A stretch of 64,000 nucleotides of DNA from positions 120,342,001 through 120,406,000 of the forward strand of contig OX597814.1 in assembly GCA_951406725.2 (NCBI GenBank), read 5' to 3'. The stretch is from Octopus vulgaris (lineage: Eukaryota). Of this stretch, positions 39,634 through 52,800 are shown one piece after another. Position 1 is the stretch's first letter. Each line of letters starts with the position of its first letter. The translations under genes and the position numbers were made by a program. The notes under the pieces were generated by a model. The model was not told the DNA's origin. It made no database searches and saw nothing but the letters and a program-made list of their open reading frames with translations.

Positions 39634-41114
39634 TACATATATATATATATATGTTCTTGCGTATGTGAGAGTAGATATAGATTTATAAAACGCTCAAACG
39701 CGTTAACCATGTTATTTTGGTCGGTTTTTAAGTTCTTTTTGCTCACGTATGCTTGCAGTGAAACCCTTTCTTAATTTTATACTTCCGTTCCTAACATTTA
39801 AAAAAAGAATTACACATCTGTGTTAGTAAAAGTTGCTTCTCCCATAACTAATTTCACATCGTAACGACCAACCATTTTCAGGCCATAGTATTCGTCAGAT
39901 TAGATAGAATAAAAACGTATGTAAATAGTATACATATATACATCCCTTATACGCATATTGTAAAATGACATTTGACATTTTTAGGTTATGTACATATTGC
40001 ACAAATATGTTGAGAATAAGTCGTTCCCAGGCTTCCTGAGACCCAAGACGTTAAATATTGCTCTTTCTCGAAAAGAACAAAAGAACATTAAAAAAAAAAA
40101 AAAGAAGCAGGGAAAATAATAGAACGATAATAAAGATGGAAGGGAAAATAAAGAAAAATCACGTTAATGCCCGGAAGGTTGAAAATAAGGATCTTGAATA
40201 AGCGAGTGTTCGAATTGGGGGAACGGAATGCTTATCGTGATGTCTAAGGAGGAGTGAACATACAAAATACGTTTCATATCAGAATAGATAATTGATTTGG
40301 AACTGCCTGGAGGCTTTATAACTTGTGTACAATTAATGGTTTCTCACCAAATTCACTTGTATATTAATGTTTTATCGAAGGTCTACTTCTAAATATATTA
40401 CAATAATAATATTTTTCTCCTACAAAAGGCATGTAATAACACATGCATTGTATTTTCACATTGTATGAATATTCTGTCATCCTGTGCAAAATTCCTAAAG
40501 GTCTAGCAACAGATTTATTGCCAAGGCAATTTTAAATTATTCAAATAAAAACATGCGAAATGAAATAACAACAAAATTACAAATAGCATGTATTTTACAG
40601 TCGTAATGTCCTTTAGTGTATAAGTCTAAATGCCTTGGTTATGAACCAGAAACGATACGTACACAATTCTCCTCTTATCTCCAGAAAGCAAACTTGACAT
40701 TTTCCTTAATAGCATGAGAGCATTGGAGAGTCTTGAATCTCGAAATTAATTCCAGTTCTCATGTGGGGTTGGTCTTAATTGCTATTTGGTAATCATGATA
40801 CATTTATTAGTGTCGGAGGTAATTTTAAGTTGAAGGAGATAAAGAAGGGCTACAGGAAGGTGTGCGACGAACAGACAAAAAGCAAAATTATCTTTATTGT
40901 AAGCTTAATTTTTAGAATTGTGTTTACTTAACAGTTTAGAAGATATAATGACCGTTAGACTCTCGCACATTAAAATTTACAATCTGATTATCGAAATTTC
41001 ATATATTTATTGTCAAACGACTTTGTAAATGGAAACAATTCGGTGGGCTTCTTTCATCTAAAGCTAGTCGTATCACTTTCCTTTTAAGCTGTCTAGAACA
41101 TTATCATCACCTAC

Positions 41115-41329
41115 CTCATCTGAAGGATGAAGAAAAGTAAGGAAGAAAGCAACTTTTTCTGAAACTTCCATTTGCGACTTGATTTCTTCGATAACCAACG
41201 GCTGCATACGCTTAGGTGTATTTGACGAAGTAAACACTTGGGCATCACTTGGTGGCTGAATCCATTAAAAAATTTGAACAGCGATTGTTGAAGCCGCCTG
41301 ATCTCTAATAAGGCATCAATTGATGATGT
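41115..41329 (-). other. Candidate 215-nt exon
   Basis: T-rich tract with ggcag| acceptor and GAG|GTAGGT donor. One frame is fully open, and another encodes MQPLVIEEIKSQMEVSEKVAFFLTFLHPSDE up to the donor. No homology recognised. Confidence 0.25.
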
Positions 41330-42837
41330 CTGCCATTTAAAAGTAAATGAATAAAAAATTTAAGTTCTATGGTATTTGATATACCGGTCTTTCTCTCCTT
41401 GTATATACGTATAAAAACCATGACTCGATGAGAACGCATTAAACATAATCTAGATGTAGCTGCTTACCTCCAAGAAAAAAACAGAGATCTGGCTCTTTGT
41501 TCTGGTATTCTCCTAATATTATTAATAAGGAATTAGACTTTAGGTTCTATTGTCTCATACAGAAATTTCTTCGAAAATATTCAAATATTAGAAGTTTTGC
41601 TCTTTTAGAATCTGTTTTTACGTCAGTATTGTTTTACCCTGAAAGCACTTGGATTACTCAACCAAAGCCATATTGTAATATCCATTTTTTTTTTCAGAAA
41701 GTAACTCGAAACGCAAAATTCTTTTCGATTTTAATGCTATTTTTTGCACGTTATACTACGGTCTACTGCTCTTCCACATAAATCAGTCTAAGAATATGTG
41801 TGTTCTTGAAAGCTAAAATAATATACAACACTAAAGGCATATTTCAATAGGTAATCATTAATCAAACCTATACATTTGGATTAGAACAAAGCAAAGAAGA
41901 TATATCTTCTTGTCAGAGAACATTGAATGAACCTGGAAAAGTTGGCAGAGCAGTGATGGATATGACTATCGAAAAAGAAAACAAATGACAAATATAAACT
42001 GAAATATTCTCTATTTTAGAATGATTGATGCATTCTCCAATACCTTCCTTATGCATTAATATATCCGATGTTATGGATTAGCATAGTACTTGTTGTCAGA
42101 TATGTAGGAATATATCCTTATAACTTACGTGATTATTACAAACAAGAATTAGATATATATTTCTTTCTTATATGTTTAATACTGTTTCATAGACGATTCA
42201 GTTGCAACAGTTCAAAGCAGCACAGGATTCACACATGCAGCGTATGAACCATGTGTTATTGTTTTATATTGATATTATTTTATATCCTATTTCTGAACAA
42301 TAGATACTTTCTATCAGCTTTCCTGTGATCCATCACTGGTTCAAAGAATTTCTAGTTTTTTCAAAGGATAAACGTCATGGAATGAATTCGCTGTGACATT
42401 CAGACCAATAACTCTTGCGTCTCTATGCTCGACGTTGCACGTCATCCTAAAATTAGTTAAATATATACAGGTAATACGTAGGGTTAGAAGTTTAATTTCC
42501 ATTAACGTAGTCCTGGATTAGATCATACGCACCCAGCTTCAGAAAGCGTATTCTCTCATAGGCACGGATCTATCAGACTACATAAAAAATATCCCTAATT
42601 GCATTTTGAAAAGACCTGCCTTCTAATAGAATGAAAGGTATTGAATTCTTGGTGATTTATTCTACTTGTATGCATATCTTTGAAATAGTGAACGAAGAGC
42701 ATTTAACTATAATAGAATGAGTAATAGATTCTCTTAGTCAAACAAATGGATGTCTCTTCCGTCAATTCTAATGTGAAATAAATTCACTCCTGTTACCTGT
42801 TGCAGCTAGCTAACCATACTCGCATGCATGTATATAT

Positions 42838-42913
<76 letters not shown>

Positions 42914-43018
42914 TTGTGTGTGTGTATGCATGTATATATGGGCCTGTGTAAATATGTATACACACACATATAATATGTATACATCTCTCCTCTCTCTCTC
43001 TTTCTCTCTTTCTCTCTT

Positions 43019-43055
<37 letters not shown>

Positions 43056-44661
43056 TGTTATATACATATATGTCTGCGTGTATGTATATGTGTGTATATA
43101 TTCATACACGTTTACGTATCTATGGATACAAGCACAATTATATGTATATGCGTATTTACCTACGTCCATCAGTCACCTCTCCAACTAATTGTGAAACATT
43201 GCTGTGTATTGCATAAGAAACTCTACGTGAGATGAAAGGCTTAGTAGTATTTACTAACGGAAGTTTACTCTCTGTGTTCAAATGTGTCCGGGTTTAAATA
43301 CGTTTTGTTTCCTCGTGTAGTAATAGATTTAATACCAGAGAAAAGTAATGATCAATAGAATTGAATTGTTTACGCATATTCATATAAGAAGTCGATAGTG
43401 ATTATCGGAATGCAATATTATGGTTAAATATGTAGATATGCAATGCCTTTCTGTTTAGAACGTATTCTATGCTGAATTCCACTCTTGCCAAGGTTAATTT
43501 TGTGTTTCCCGGTCATTTGCTTATGTGCCATTAGCATCCATATTCTAGATTATAATAAATTTCTGTACGCATTCCTCACAAATTTATGTTATTCCTCTAT
43601 ATGATAATCTTTATATACTTTTCGCTAATTTTACAGATATAGAATAATATCTGCAACTGTACAACGGGCTTTATTGCATATTTATTCAGCTATATTTTCG
43701 CTAAAGCTTCCTAAACCCTTTAAATATGTACAATAGTTTTTCTGCAGTAAATTATATTCTGATATGTTTATTGGTTTCTTCACGACAATGATTAAATGCA
43801 AATTGTTTCGGAAGGCCCAGGCATAAAGGCCGTGCGTTTCATAAGGACATGACTTTATTGACGGGAATATGTGCTCTACTTACATTTGAAATGAAAGCCT
43901 TTATTCGCTTGCAAAACGTAATATAGGTTTTTGAATATTGCACTTTCGGGAAAATGATTCGTCAGAATTTATTGATGCACTAATCAAAATGCTTCATACC
44001 CAATATATAATATTGTGCTGAAATGTTATTCCATGCAATTGGATTATAATTGTTGATAGTGTGGGATTAATAGCTAATATTTATTAAATGTCTATTTCAT
44101 TTAATCTTTTAATCGGGATCAATTTTCAAAATGTACTTCCATAAATGTTGCAGTATAGATATCTTTTTTAAGATTTTAAATTCGACTTGATATGTTCTTA
44201 TACTAGATTGCCATAAGATCATATTCCGCCTACTTCGAAAATAATTTACTAAAAGACTATCATTTTAGGTACATTACACTCTTTAACCAGTTCGTATAAA
44301 TTGAGTATACATCTATATTAACCAAAAATCAATAAGCTTTTGATTGTATTCAATATTTCATCGTAAATCTAGAGCCCCAACTTTACAGAACTGATTTTTT
44401 TGATATCTTGTAATACTAAGTTCAAATTCTACAATGGTCTATGTTATCTCTTAACATATTTTCCTCTATAAAATAATCACTAGTAATAGAAAGTTATCGA
44501 TTGTATTGACTGCTATGGTATTTCGATTTGGCACAGTGCCTAGACTGAAGTCAGCTTTAGTCTTTAAGATGATGTGTTCCAAATAGGCTTTAGAGAAATT
44601 CTACATTCATATCTAAATAATATTTATAAAAAGCAAAGCAATAGATTTTACAGTTTCTCTC

Positions 44662-44715
<54 letters not shown>

Positions 44716-45644
44716 TCTTTCAACGATAAATAATTGCATTTAAATACAAAGAAATATCCAAATCATTTGAAAAAATTACAATATAAATCATTAATTAACA
44801 ATCGCTTTTTTTATATCTCACTGCAGTATTGATTAGAGAGCAAGTAATGGCAAAATAAATAGAACTACACCAATCTTCTGACATTTATGCGTCAATGAAA
44901 TGACCAATAAATTTCAGACTAGAATAAAATTACAAGAAGTAAAACATTATGCAAGACAAAATTGCTTTAATCGTAACAAAGCAGGAAATAACTCACATCA
45001 ATATAAAGAAGAAAAAGTATACAAAAAAAAAAAATAGATAAGCAAATGGTCGACTTATACATAGAATACATACAGCATCACACGTATCTATCCGCAAATA
45101 TTTATTAGTGTTTAATTCATTCTATTACAATAATTAACGCCATTAAATTGTTTTAAATCAAATTAAATTGAAAGTGCTATGTAATTACTTTAGATTAACT
45201 TGCCATTTTAGTTTTATTGACAACATTACAATAACTATGTGTAACATTACCATGTAACTATGTCCTACACATTTGTGATGAAGCTTTTCAATTTGTCGCC
45301 TTCCTTGCTGTATTATCACAGAGTCGGACCAAGTTAAATACCAAGGCCACGCTACCTTGTTAAACAAAACAGTAAAGTTGGCACTACTACATAATTCAAA
45401 TTTTATCACAGAAGCAGTGTTTATTTATACACCTACACATACTCATTGACGTACGAACACAATCACATACTCAAAAGTGCAGGCGCGGTCCCAGGAATTT
45501 GGGCACAATGTCAGAAGGGAGTACAATTCCAGGAGAAAAATGGCATAATGACATCATTTAGAAGGATCCATTTTTTTCTCATCTCCCATCTATTGGCTAC
45601 GCCCTTGAAGTGCACATGTGTATTTCTGACGATTATACAGTATT

Positions 45645-45945
45645 CAGAAACGAAGAGGCCTCTCTCGAGCCATGCCTGGCTTATTAGGGCCTGTTTCACG
45701 GTTTCCTTGACGTATAGGTTCCCTATCTGGACGGGACGCCGGACTGTCGCAGGTGAGTTGCAAGATACAGTAGGAAAGAGTGAAAGTTGTGGCGAAAGAG
45801 TCAGCAGAGTTTCGCTATTACCTTCTGCCGGAGCCGCGTGGGGTTTAGGTGTTTTGCTCATAAATACACACATCGCCCGGTCTGAGATTCGAACTCGCGA
45901 TCCCTCGACCGCTTCGTTGTTCTAACCACTCGGCCACGCTCCTCC
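45645..45945 (-). mobile_element. SINE family C, tRNA-derived, full length
   Basis: The minus strand has the A box TGGCCGAGTGG and B box GTTCGAATC, then cctgcgacagtccggcgtcccgtccag, resembling the V-SINE conserved domain (from recall). Confidence 0.85.
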
Positions 45946-46193
45946 ACACATGCTACATAGGATACAGTGAATGTAATTACAGACCGAATCATCTAGGTAT
46001 CAGTGCAAATCCCAGAATGACTCGACAGGATTTGCTGGATTGAAGAGTAAAGTAGGAAACGGGACAAGTAAAAAGCTTGCAATGATATCAGTAAAATTAA
46101 AATTATTGCCAAGAATAAACGACACATTCTTATACTTCCTTTTTATTAGCAAGCTTTTGTGTACACCAGCATATGTATTCTGGAGCTAATATC

Positions 46194-46427
46194 TATTTCT
46201 TTATTACCCACAAGGGGCTAAACACAGAGGGGACAAACAAGGACATACATAGGTATTAAATCGATTACATCGACACCAGTGCGTAACTGGTACTTAATTT
46301 ATCGACCCCGAAAGGATGAAAGGCCAAGTCGGCCTCGGCGGAATTTGAACTCACAACGTAACGGCAGACGAAATACCGCTAAACATTTCGCCCGGCGTGC
46401 TAACGTTTCTGCCAGCTCGCCGCCTTT
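46194..46427 (-). mobile_element. SINE family B, full length, with a perfect 16-bp TSD
   Basis: TSD ttctggagctaatatc at 46178-46193 and 46428-46443. Confidence 0.95.
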
Positions 46428-46628
46428 TTCTGGAGCTAATATCCGTTGTACAGATGTATGTGCTTATGTATATCGGTCATAGGGTGAAATCACCAAAAAT
46501 ATTTTAATCAAAAGGACCCATCATCATCACAGTAAAATAATTTATAATAAATATCAAATTATTTGTAGGAATTTAAAAAGAAAATAATATTCGAAATAAA
46601 CATAACAATAACTTGATAGCATTTACAT

Positions 46629-46887
46629 TTTTAATTTGTGTAGAATTAAGTTTTATATCTAATTAATCGTGAAGCTTCAGCAGAAATTTGTTTAGCTAAT
46701 ATATATTACATAAATCATATTTAGTTCCAGGGAATATAATAGAGTTACAAATAAAATAATTAATGTTTTAGTATTTGCAGATATTCATCACTGTGAAAAC
46801 GAAGTGAATCTCCTGTAGCATTGTGAGATAAAAATTCAGCCCCATATCTCTGTGTATGTGTGTGTGAATGCGTGTGTATATGTGTAA
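46629..46887 (+). repeat. Direct repeat copy 1 (copy 2 at 49281-49465 lacks about 76 bp)
   Basis: ttttaatttgtgtagaattaagttttatatctaatt and agagttacaaataaaataatt...ttcagccccatatctctgtg are near-identical at both loci. Confidence 0.9.
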
Positions 46888-46924
46888 GAGTGCATGCGTG
46901 CGCGCATGTACGCATGTACGTATA

Positions 46925-46972
<48 letters not shown>

Positions 46973-46990
46973 CACACAAAATATTCTTCA

Positions 46991-47376
46991 TCTCTCTATA
47001 TATAAACGGCAGTTTGTCTGTGCGTGTTTCTGTGTGTCTGTTTGCTTGTACCCTCACCCTGACCACAGCTTTCAACCGATTCTGATGAAACTTGACACAC
47101 ACATAGCCCAATGTCATAATTCAAAACTAACGCAGCGAAAATTTTGAAAAGTTCCCCCAGTTCTGAAAAAAATCGATAAATTCGACATGGGGTCGAGAAC
47201 CAGGAACACAAACCACAAACTGTGTAGGGGACGCAACTCCACCTTTTTTAACTATCAAAAAAAAATTTACCATAATTTTTTTCCAATTTTTTTGCTGTTT
47301 TTTGGCTATAACTCTCTAAAAATGCTTTATAGTTATTTCCCTTACAAACCTGAGCAACGCCGGGCGATACTGCTAG
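46991..47376 (+). mobile_element. Non-autonomous Helitron-like element
   Basis: A|TC start and gagcaacgccgggcgatactgCTAG|T end; colinear with 31961-32344. Confidence 0.85.
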
Positions 47377-47592
47377 TGTATAATATGTATAAACTCTAAT
47401 GCGAAGACAAAATTAACTCTTCTCTTCTTGGGGATGGAAAGATGTTAAGGGCTTTGGTCAAATGTTCATCAGCGTTAGTGAGAACGGATTATCTCCCGTA
47501 GCTTAAAGAAGAATAAGGGATTCATCACTTCGCCTGGTAATGGATTGTTAGGACTCTGCCGAGCTTAGTCAGCGAACGGGAAATCCAGTGTT

Positions 47593-47930
47593 TACAGCAT
47601 GTAATGTTTGAATTTGATGCACGATATAAAAATTTATTGAGGAGTATTCAGACACCAAGGTCTGAAGGAGTCTTTAAGTATCCTTACTTGCTCAGCTATG
47701 CAAAGCTTGCAGCATCCACTCCGGTTTATGTAGGAACCCGGCTGTTCTATGATCTTCCACTTGATATTGCATGGGGTACCTTCATTGTTGAGTTGCCACA
47801 CATTGGCTGGCACACTATGTGACAAATCCTCTTTCTGGTACCCTGATGGAGGACCTATGGTTGTACAAGCGTTTCTTGAAAGCCTTAACGGCTGATCCTA
47901 TGTATTTCCAGACTTGGGTGTCGGCTATTG
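47593..47930 (-). pseudogene. Penelope-like element GIY-YIG endonuclease 3' fragment (Naiad-type)
   Basis: Manual translation gives WKYIGSAVKAFKKRLYNHRSS, a frameshift, then VWQLNNEGTPCNIKWKIIEQPGSYINRSGCCKLCIAEQVRIL...LNTPQ*IFISCIK. The YIG, FKxRxxNH, I.W.II, CxLCxxE and LN...C motifs are as in Naiad/Chlamys-type PLE endonucleases. Confidence 0.82.
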
Positions 47931-49280
47931 GTCAGCACAAGGATGGGTTTAACAATAGAATATTAAATTGTATGTATTCTAGTAATATAATATAAACATT
48001 AAGAATGTAAAAAATAACAATAATCCACTGTGATATTATAATCAGGATAACAAACATTTTAGTATGCTGGTGAAAACAACCCTGAACATTTCTGAGAGCG
48101 TAAATGAAATCTGCAATTTTAGACATATATCCCTTTGTTCACTTGATGAATATTGCTTTAATGTTATTGTATATAAATGCTCTGGACGTTGCACTTGGAA
48201 ATTTCTATGTATATTTCGGGGCTGTGCAGCTGTAGTGATAAGGGCAAAACAAATTTTGCCTCTTTAGCTAGTCGTTTATGGAAGCTTTCTGACTGTATCA
48301 CTTTGCTCAAATTATTGCTTGCAAAGCGCAAATTTATAATGTTTGTAATGTGTGTACATCTGAGACTTGTGAAATAATTAAGTGTAAATCAGATCTTATT
48401 AACCAGTGAGATGACACAATCATATGATAGCAACACATATATCCTATGTCCTCCCCAAAAATATTAAAATTAACGCACGAAACTAACCTATACGCACTAT
48501 TAATACTACTATTATTGTGAACTGCTGTAGGTCTACCTGTTCTAATTTGTTTAACACCTACTTGTCTGTTTTTCTCTATATTCATCTTGCTTTATTCATC
48601 TAATCCCCGTGCGGAGTGGGAGTACTTTGATGTGCAGTACTACAAAGAGAAAATAATGGTAAATATAATTAGTTTATATATTCAATAATTGAACTAATTT
48701 GCTGTAAATTATTTTCTCATTAATTAATTATACAATGGTCACAAATGTAACATTGATCCTCCCCATATTATATTATTAATTAAAGTATGAGTACGGACTA
48801 AACCTAAAATGTAGTCCCCTGAATTTACGCATAGATTTATTTTCCCTTGTTTCATATACATATTCTGTTTTATTATATCTGATTTTTCACTTTTAGCTTG
48901 ACGCTTCCATTTACATAATATATAACATTATCTATAGTATGGTATATTCTAACTTTTACGATCGATAGTGGGATAGCTTGACTATGAACCGTTGTTTGTA
49001 TGTGTATGTCTACAGGCTAATAATGATATTGATTGGTTTGGTCACATAAAGAATGTGATGAACGTCTACTATTATGAAATTACTATTTTCTTCTCAAATA
49101 GTCTAAGCAATAGTGCATGTTTGACAGTTTGTAGCGGAAGTTATACATATAAATGTGTCTGAGACTAATTATATGAGGTGTATGTATGTGTTGGGTGGGT
49201 GGAGCAGGTATCATTAGTCTTCAATGACATTTCTATCCTTTTGTATCAGCCGTTTCTAAACTTCCAAATGTTTAGAACGC

Positions 49281-49465
49281 TTTTAATTTGTGTAGAATTA
49301 AGTTTTATATCTAATTAGAGTTACAAATAAAATAATTAATGTTTTAGTATTTGCAAATATTCATCACTGTGAATACGAAGTGAATCTCCTGTTGCATTGT
49401 GAGATAAAAATTCAGCCCCATATCTCTGTGTATTTGTGTGTGAATGCGTGTGTGCATATGTGTAA
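49281..49465 (+). repeat. Direct repeat copy 2 of 46629-46887
   Basis: See copy 1; the segment 46665-46740 is absent here. Confidence 0.9.
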
Positions 49466-49958
49466 ATGTGCAATTGACTGTACTAAACCAGACACGTTGT
49501 CTTTAACAAACAGGCCTCCAATCTCCATATCTAAACCCCTATTTATTTTTATTCATCTTCTCCATAATTTTCGTTCTCTTTATTTCTTTTATCCGATTCT
49601 CTGTCTATATTCAAACAATACTACACTCTCAACAAAATTTTCAAAATGCAATGTTTTAGATTTATTTTGTGATATCATTGTACTTAGTTTAATTTATTGC
49701 ATTCTTTTTCTCAATTGGTACTTATCTACTGTCACCACTTCATTAATGCAATCCATATATGGTAATTCTATTATTTGTAAAAACTGAATTCTGCTGAATA
49801 AATTTCTTCTCTCTGGCAATATAATGAAATGTTTTGCTACTAGCAGCAGTGTCTGCTATTTTAACCTGCCGTGCATTTTTCCAAGTTTCGTTTTCCCGTT
49901 ACGTAATAGTCTAACCTTGCCTTAGGGTGAGTATATTATACATATATATATATATATA

Positions 49959-49991
<33 letters not shown>

Positions 49992-50869
49992 GTGTTTGTG
50001 TGTGTGTGAATGTGTTTGTGTGTCTACGTATGTATGTATTATGCATGCATTTATATATGTTTGTGTATGTATGTATGTCTATATACAAAGAGATTAAAAA
50101 AGAAAGAGACTGAGAAAGTGAGAGATTTTACTGTTTATTGAACTAGAATTTTCCTGCTATAAAGCATTAGGATAATTTCGAGGTAACAGGGCTAAATATA
50201 TTTGAAAAGTAAAAGAAAAATGTAATTCAGAATTTGTTTTTATTCAATAGAGCTAATTATATATAATGCAATATTTAGTGGCGAAAAAAATTTACAACCT
50301 AACCTTAGGAATCAATTACACATAAAACCTAATAGACTTGAAAATAAAATTGCAATGTTTGAATATTTTAATTATTTTTATATTGAATTCAATTTCGTTT
50401 GAAATCTGATAAAGAAATGAAATTAAATTCGATTCGAGGTGCAATTTTTTTAGGAAATCGATTTGGTGACGAAGAAAATGGGTCCCATCATGTTTTTGTT
50501 TTTATGTAGTCCTATTGAAAATAACGTGAAACTATTCTAAACTCTCAAAAACCAAAACAATTGAAAGCTGTATGAAATATATATCTGCTCACATCCATAT
50601 TATGAAAGAATACTCAAAATATCTTGAAAATTATATATATATGTATATCAGATACAAAAATCGAGGTGTGGGAAGAAAGTTAGATTCAAGAAATCTGTAG
50701 TAAATATTAAAAAAATATATCGGAGAAAATAGTGGTTTATTGAGACGAATTGCTAACGAATCGCCTGCGGTATACACCTCGCTTGGATATTTAACACTTC
50801 CGATGTCCCGCTCGCCATGAAACATATGTAGCCGGAATCTAATCTACTCCAATCCTTAACACACTCTCC

Positions 50870-51028
<159 letters not shown>

Positions 51029-51815
51029 AGAAAAAAGCAACAAGAATGGATTAGTTGTTCAGTACAATTGTTTCATACGAAGAACAGCTTTATTAAAAGC
51101 TGCAAATATTGCAGCAAATATAAGTGTCCCGTATTCATCACCCAAAACACATATGAGTTATCCAAACATCCTAGGGGGTGAGGCTACACTTATGAAGTAT
51201 CGAAGAGAGTAATATAAAAAGCAAAGTTAGATTGTAAGCAGACTCCAAAAGTTCTCTAATGATGCACAGTTTTATAAAAGGTTTTTAAAAAAGTTTGTTA
51301 GCTTCACAGAAAAGGTAAAACCATCCATAATAATGCAGGTGTATTTTCCGGAGATATGAGGAGATATTTCATACTCAGAGACGATGAATTTATCCATAAT
51401 AATGTAGATGTAATTTCTTCACCCCACATTATTTTATGGCTAATACCATATAGATTTCTGGTGCATCTAAGTTAAGTACCGCATTCATGTGAATTCATTG
51501 GAACTCACTTGAATCTTAATTGTTTTTTATATACATATATATATATAAAATTAAATATTTTGTATTAATTTTCACCCAGTAGGTTTTTTACATGTTAGTT
51601 ACTTGATAAAAGGTTATATAGATTTTATCTTTGATAACAATGATAAATAGGTTTTCACTTCAATCAAATTATATTCGCTGCTGAATTATTTTGATTATTC
51701 ACACGTGACTGAGTTAAATGACCGAGATTAAACTTGTATAGATATTTCACCATTTGTAAATGCACTGTGGATATATTGTATGTATAAGTGTTTATAATCA
51801 TGTACTTTCGGTTAT

Positions 51816-51872
51816 GTCATACTGAGGACGGTAAAGGGCATAACATCTTTAAACCAGAAATCGATCTATGGC
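51816..51872 (+). ncRNA. Minimal type I hammerhead ribozyme, core intact
   Basis: GTCATA-CTGAGGA-CGGTAAAG...CTTTAAACCA-GAAA-TCGA-TC-TATGGC. Stem I is 6 bp (one G-U), stem III is the ATCGAT palindrome, and the site is AUC. The first stem II pair is a C-A mismatch. Confidence 0.72.
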
Positions 51873-52509
51873 TAAACTGTTTTTAAATATCTCTTTTGTT
51901 CATTCCTTCGCTTTCAGCCCGTGCCTAAGTGATAAATAAGAGAGTTTTAGAGTCATTTGGCATCCTCTTCTAACAATAGATGCCCTCATTATAATTTTAT
52001 TTATAATATTTATATAATGTTACGTTTATATATTTGTTTTGCAAGATTTTTGATGTGAAATCGTCTGTTGAAACAGATATTGTTGTATTTAGGAATGCTC
52101 ATTTTGCCAGTTCAGCCAATAATAATATATAATGCCTTTGAATGCATGAGTACAACATCTTCCATTTCACAACTAAAACACAAAATATCACCTTTGTATA
52201 AAATATGGTAAATTTTAATTCTGTTTTTCCAACTAGAAGCAAAGAGAATTAGCAATGCTAGAGATGACGTCAAGAGGGGTGCGCAATTATTACAAATATA
52301 TTGTTAACAAGAACCACAAAGAAATCCCTATAGAAATGTTCATATCATGAAAGGGGAAAAACAATTATCTGGAAAGAGGCTCCCAAAAATGTGCAAAACG
52401 GAGAGAAATAATGTCTGTAATACAAGTGCTTTGGGAAAATGAAAATATAGGACTGTAAATGACATGCAGATTGGGCTGCCTCCCGGCTCTACAGGTACCG
52501 GAATGTGTA

Positions 52510-52564
<55 letters not shown>

Positions 52565-52565
<1 letters not shown>

Positions 52566-52800
52566 CACCGTGACACCGTGACCGACCAGGATATCAGATG
52601 TTGCTACACATCGCTGGTCACAATGCGCTTAGCATTGTTTTAGCCTTCAAATGACGCCACCCCGCTGGCTAAGTGAGCAGGCCAACAGAAGAAAGAGTGA
52701 GAGAGAATACAGCAGGGATCGCCCCCACCCCTGCCGGAGCCTCGTGGTGCTTTAGGTGTTTTCCCTCAATAAACACTCACAACACCCGGTCTGAGAATCT
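52565..52800 (-). mobile_element. SINE related to family C (shared 5' body, different 3' tail), head truncated
   Basis: ctgccggagcctcgtggtgctttaggtgttttccctcaataaacac...cccggtctgagaatc parallels 45825-45890. Confidence 0.7.

Noticed and set aside
45446-45925. 159-aa and 120-aa overlapping ORFs; tRNA-like A/B boxes
   Set aside because: They overlap a GC-rich SINE; the boxes belong to the SINE head and no full cloverleaf is evident.
47460-47535. Possible SECIS or hammerhead downstream of the Naiad-type fragment (minus strand ATGAATCCC...GGGAGAT; CTGATGA)
   Set aside because: Helix length and apical AA do not fit a SECIS, and no GAAA/stem III follows the CTGATGA.
49818-49932. Possible plus-strand exon ending at G|GTGAGT
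   Set aside because: All frames close before the donor and there is no supporting acceptor; likely chance.
50812-50835. Half motif GAAA-CATATG-TA-GCCGG; similarly GAAA-CATG-TT on the minus strand at 36827-36836
   Set aside because: No recognisable CUGANGA partner or stem I 5' arm, so these are at best fragments.
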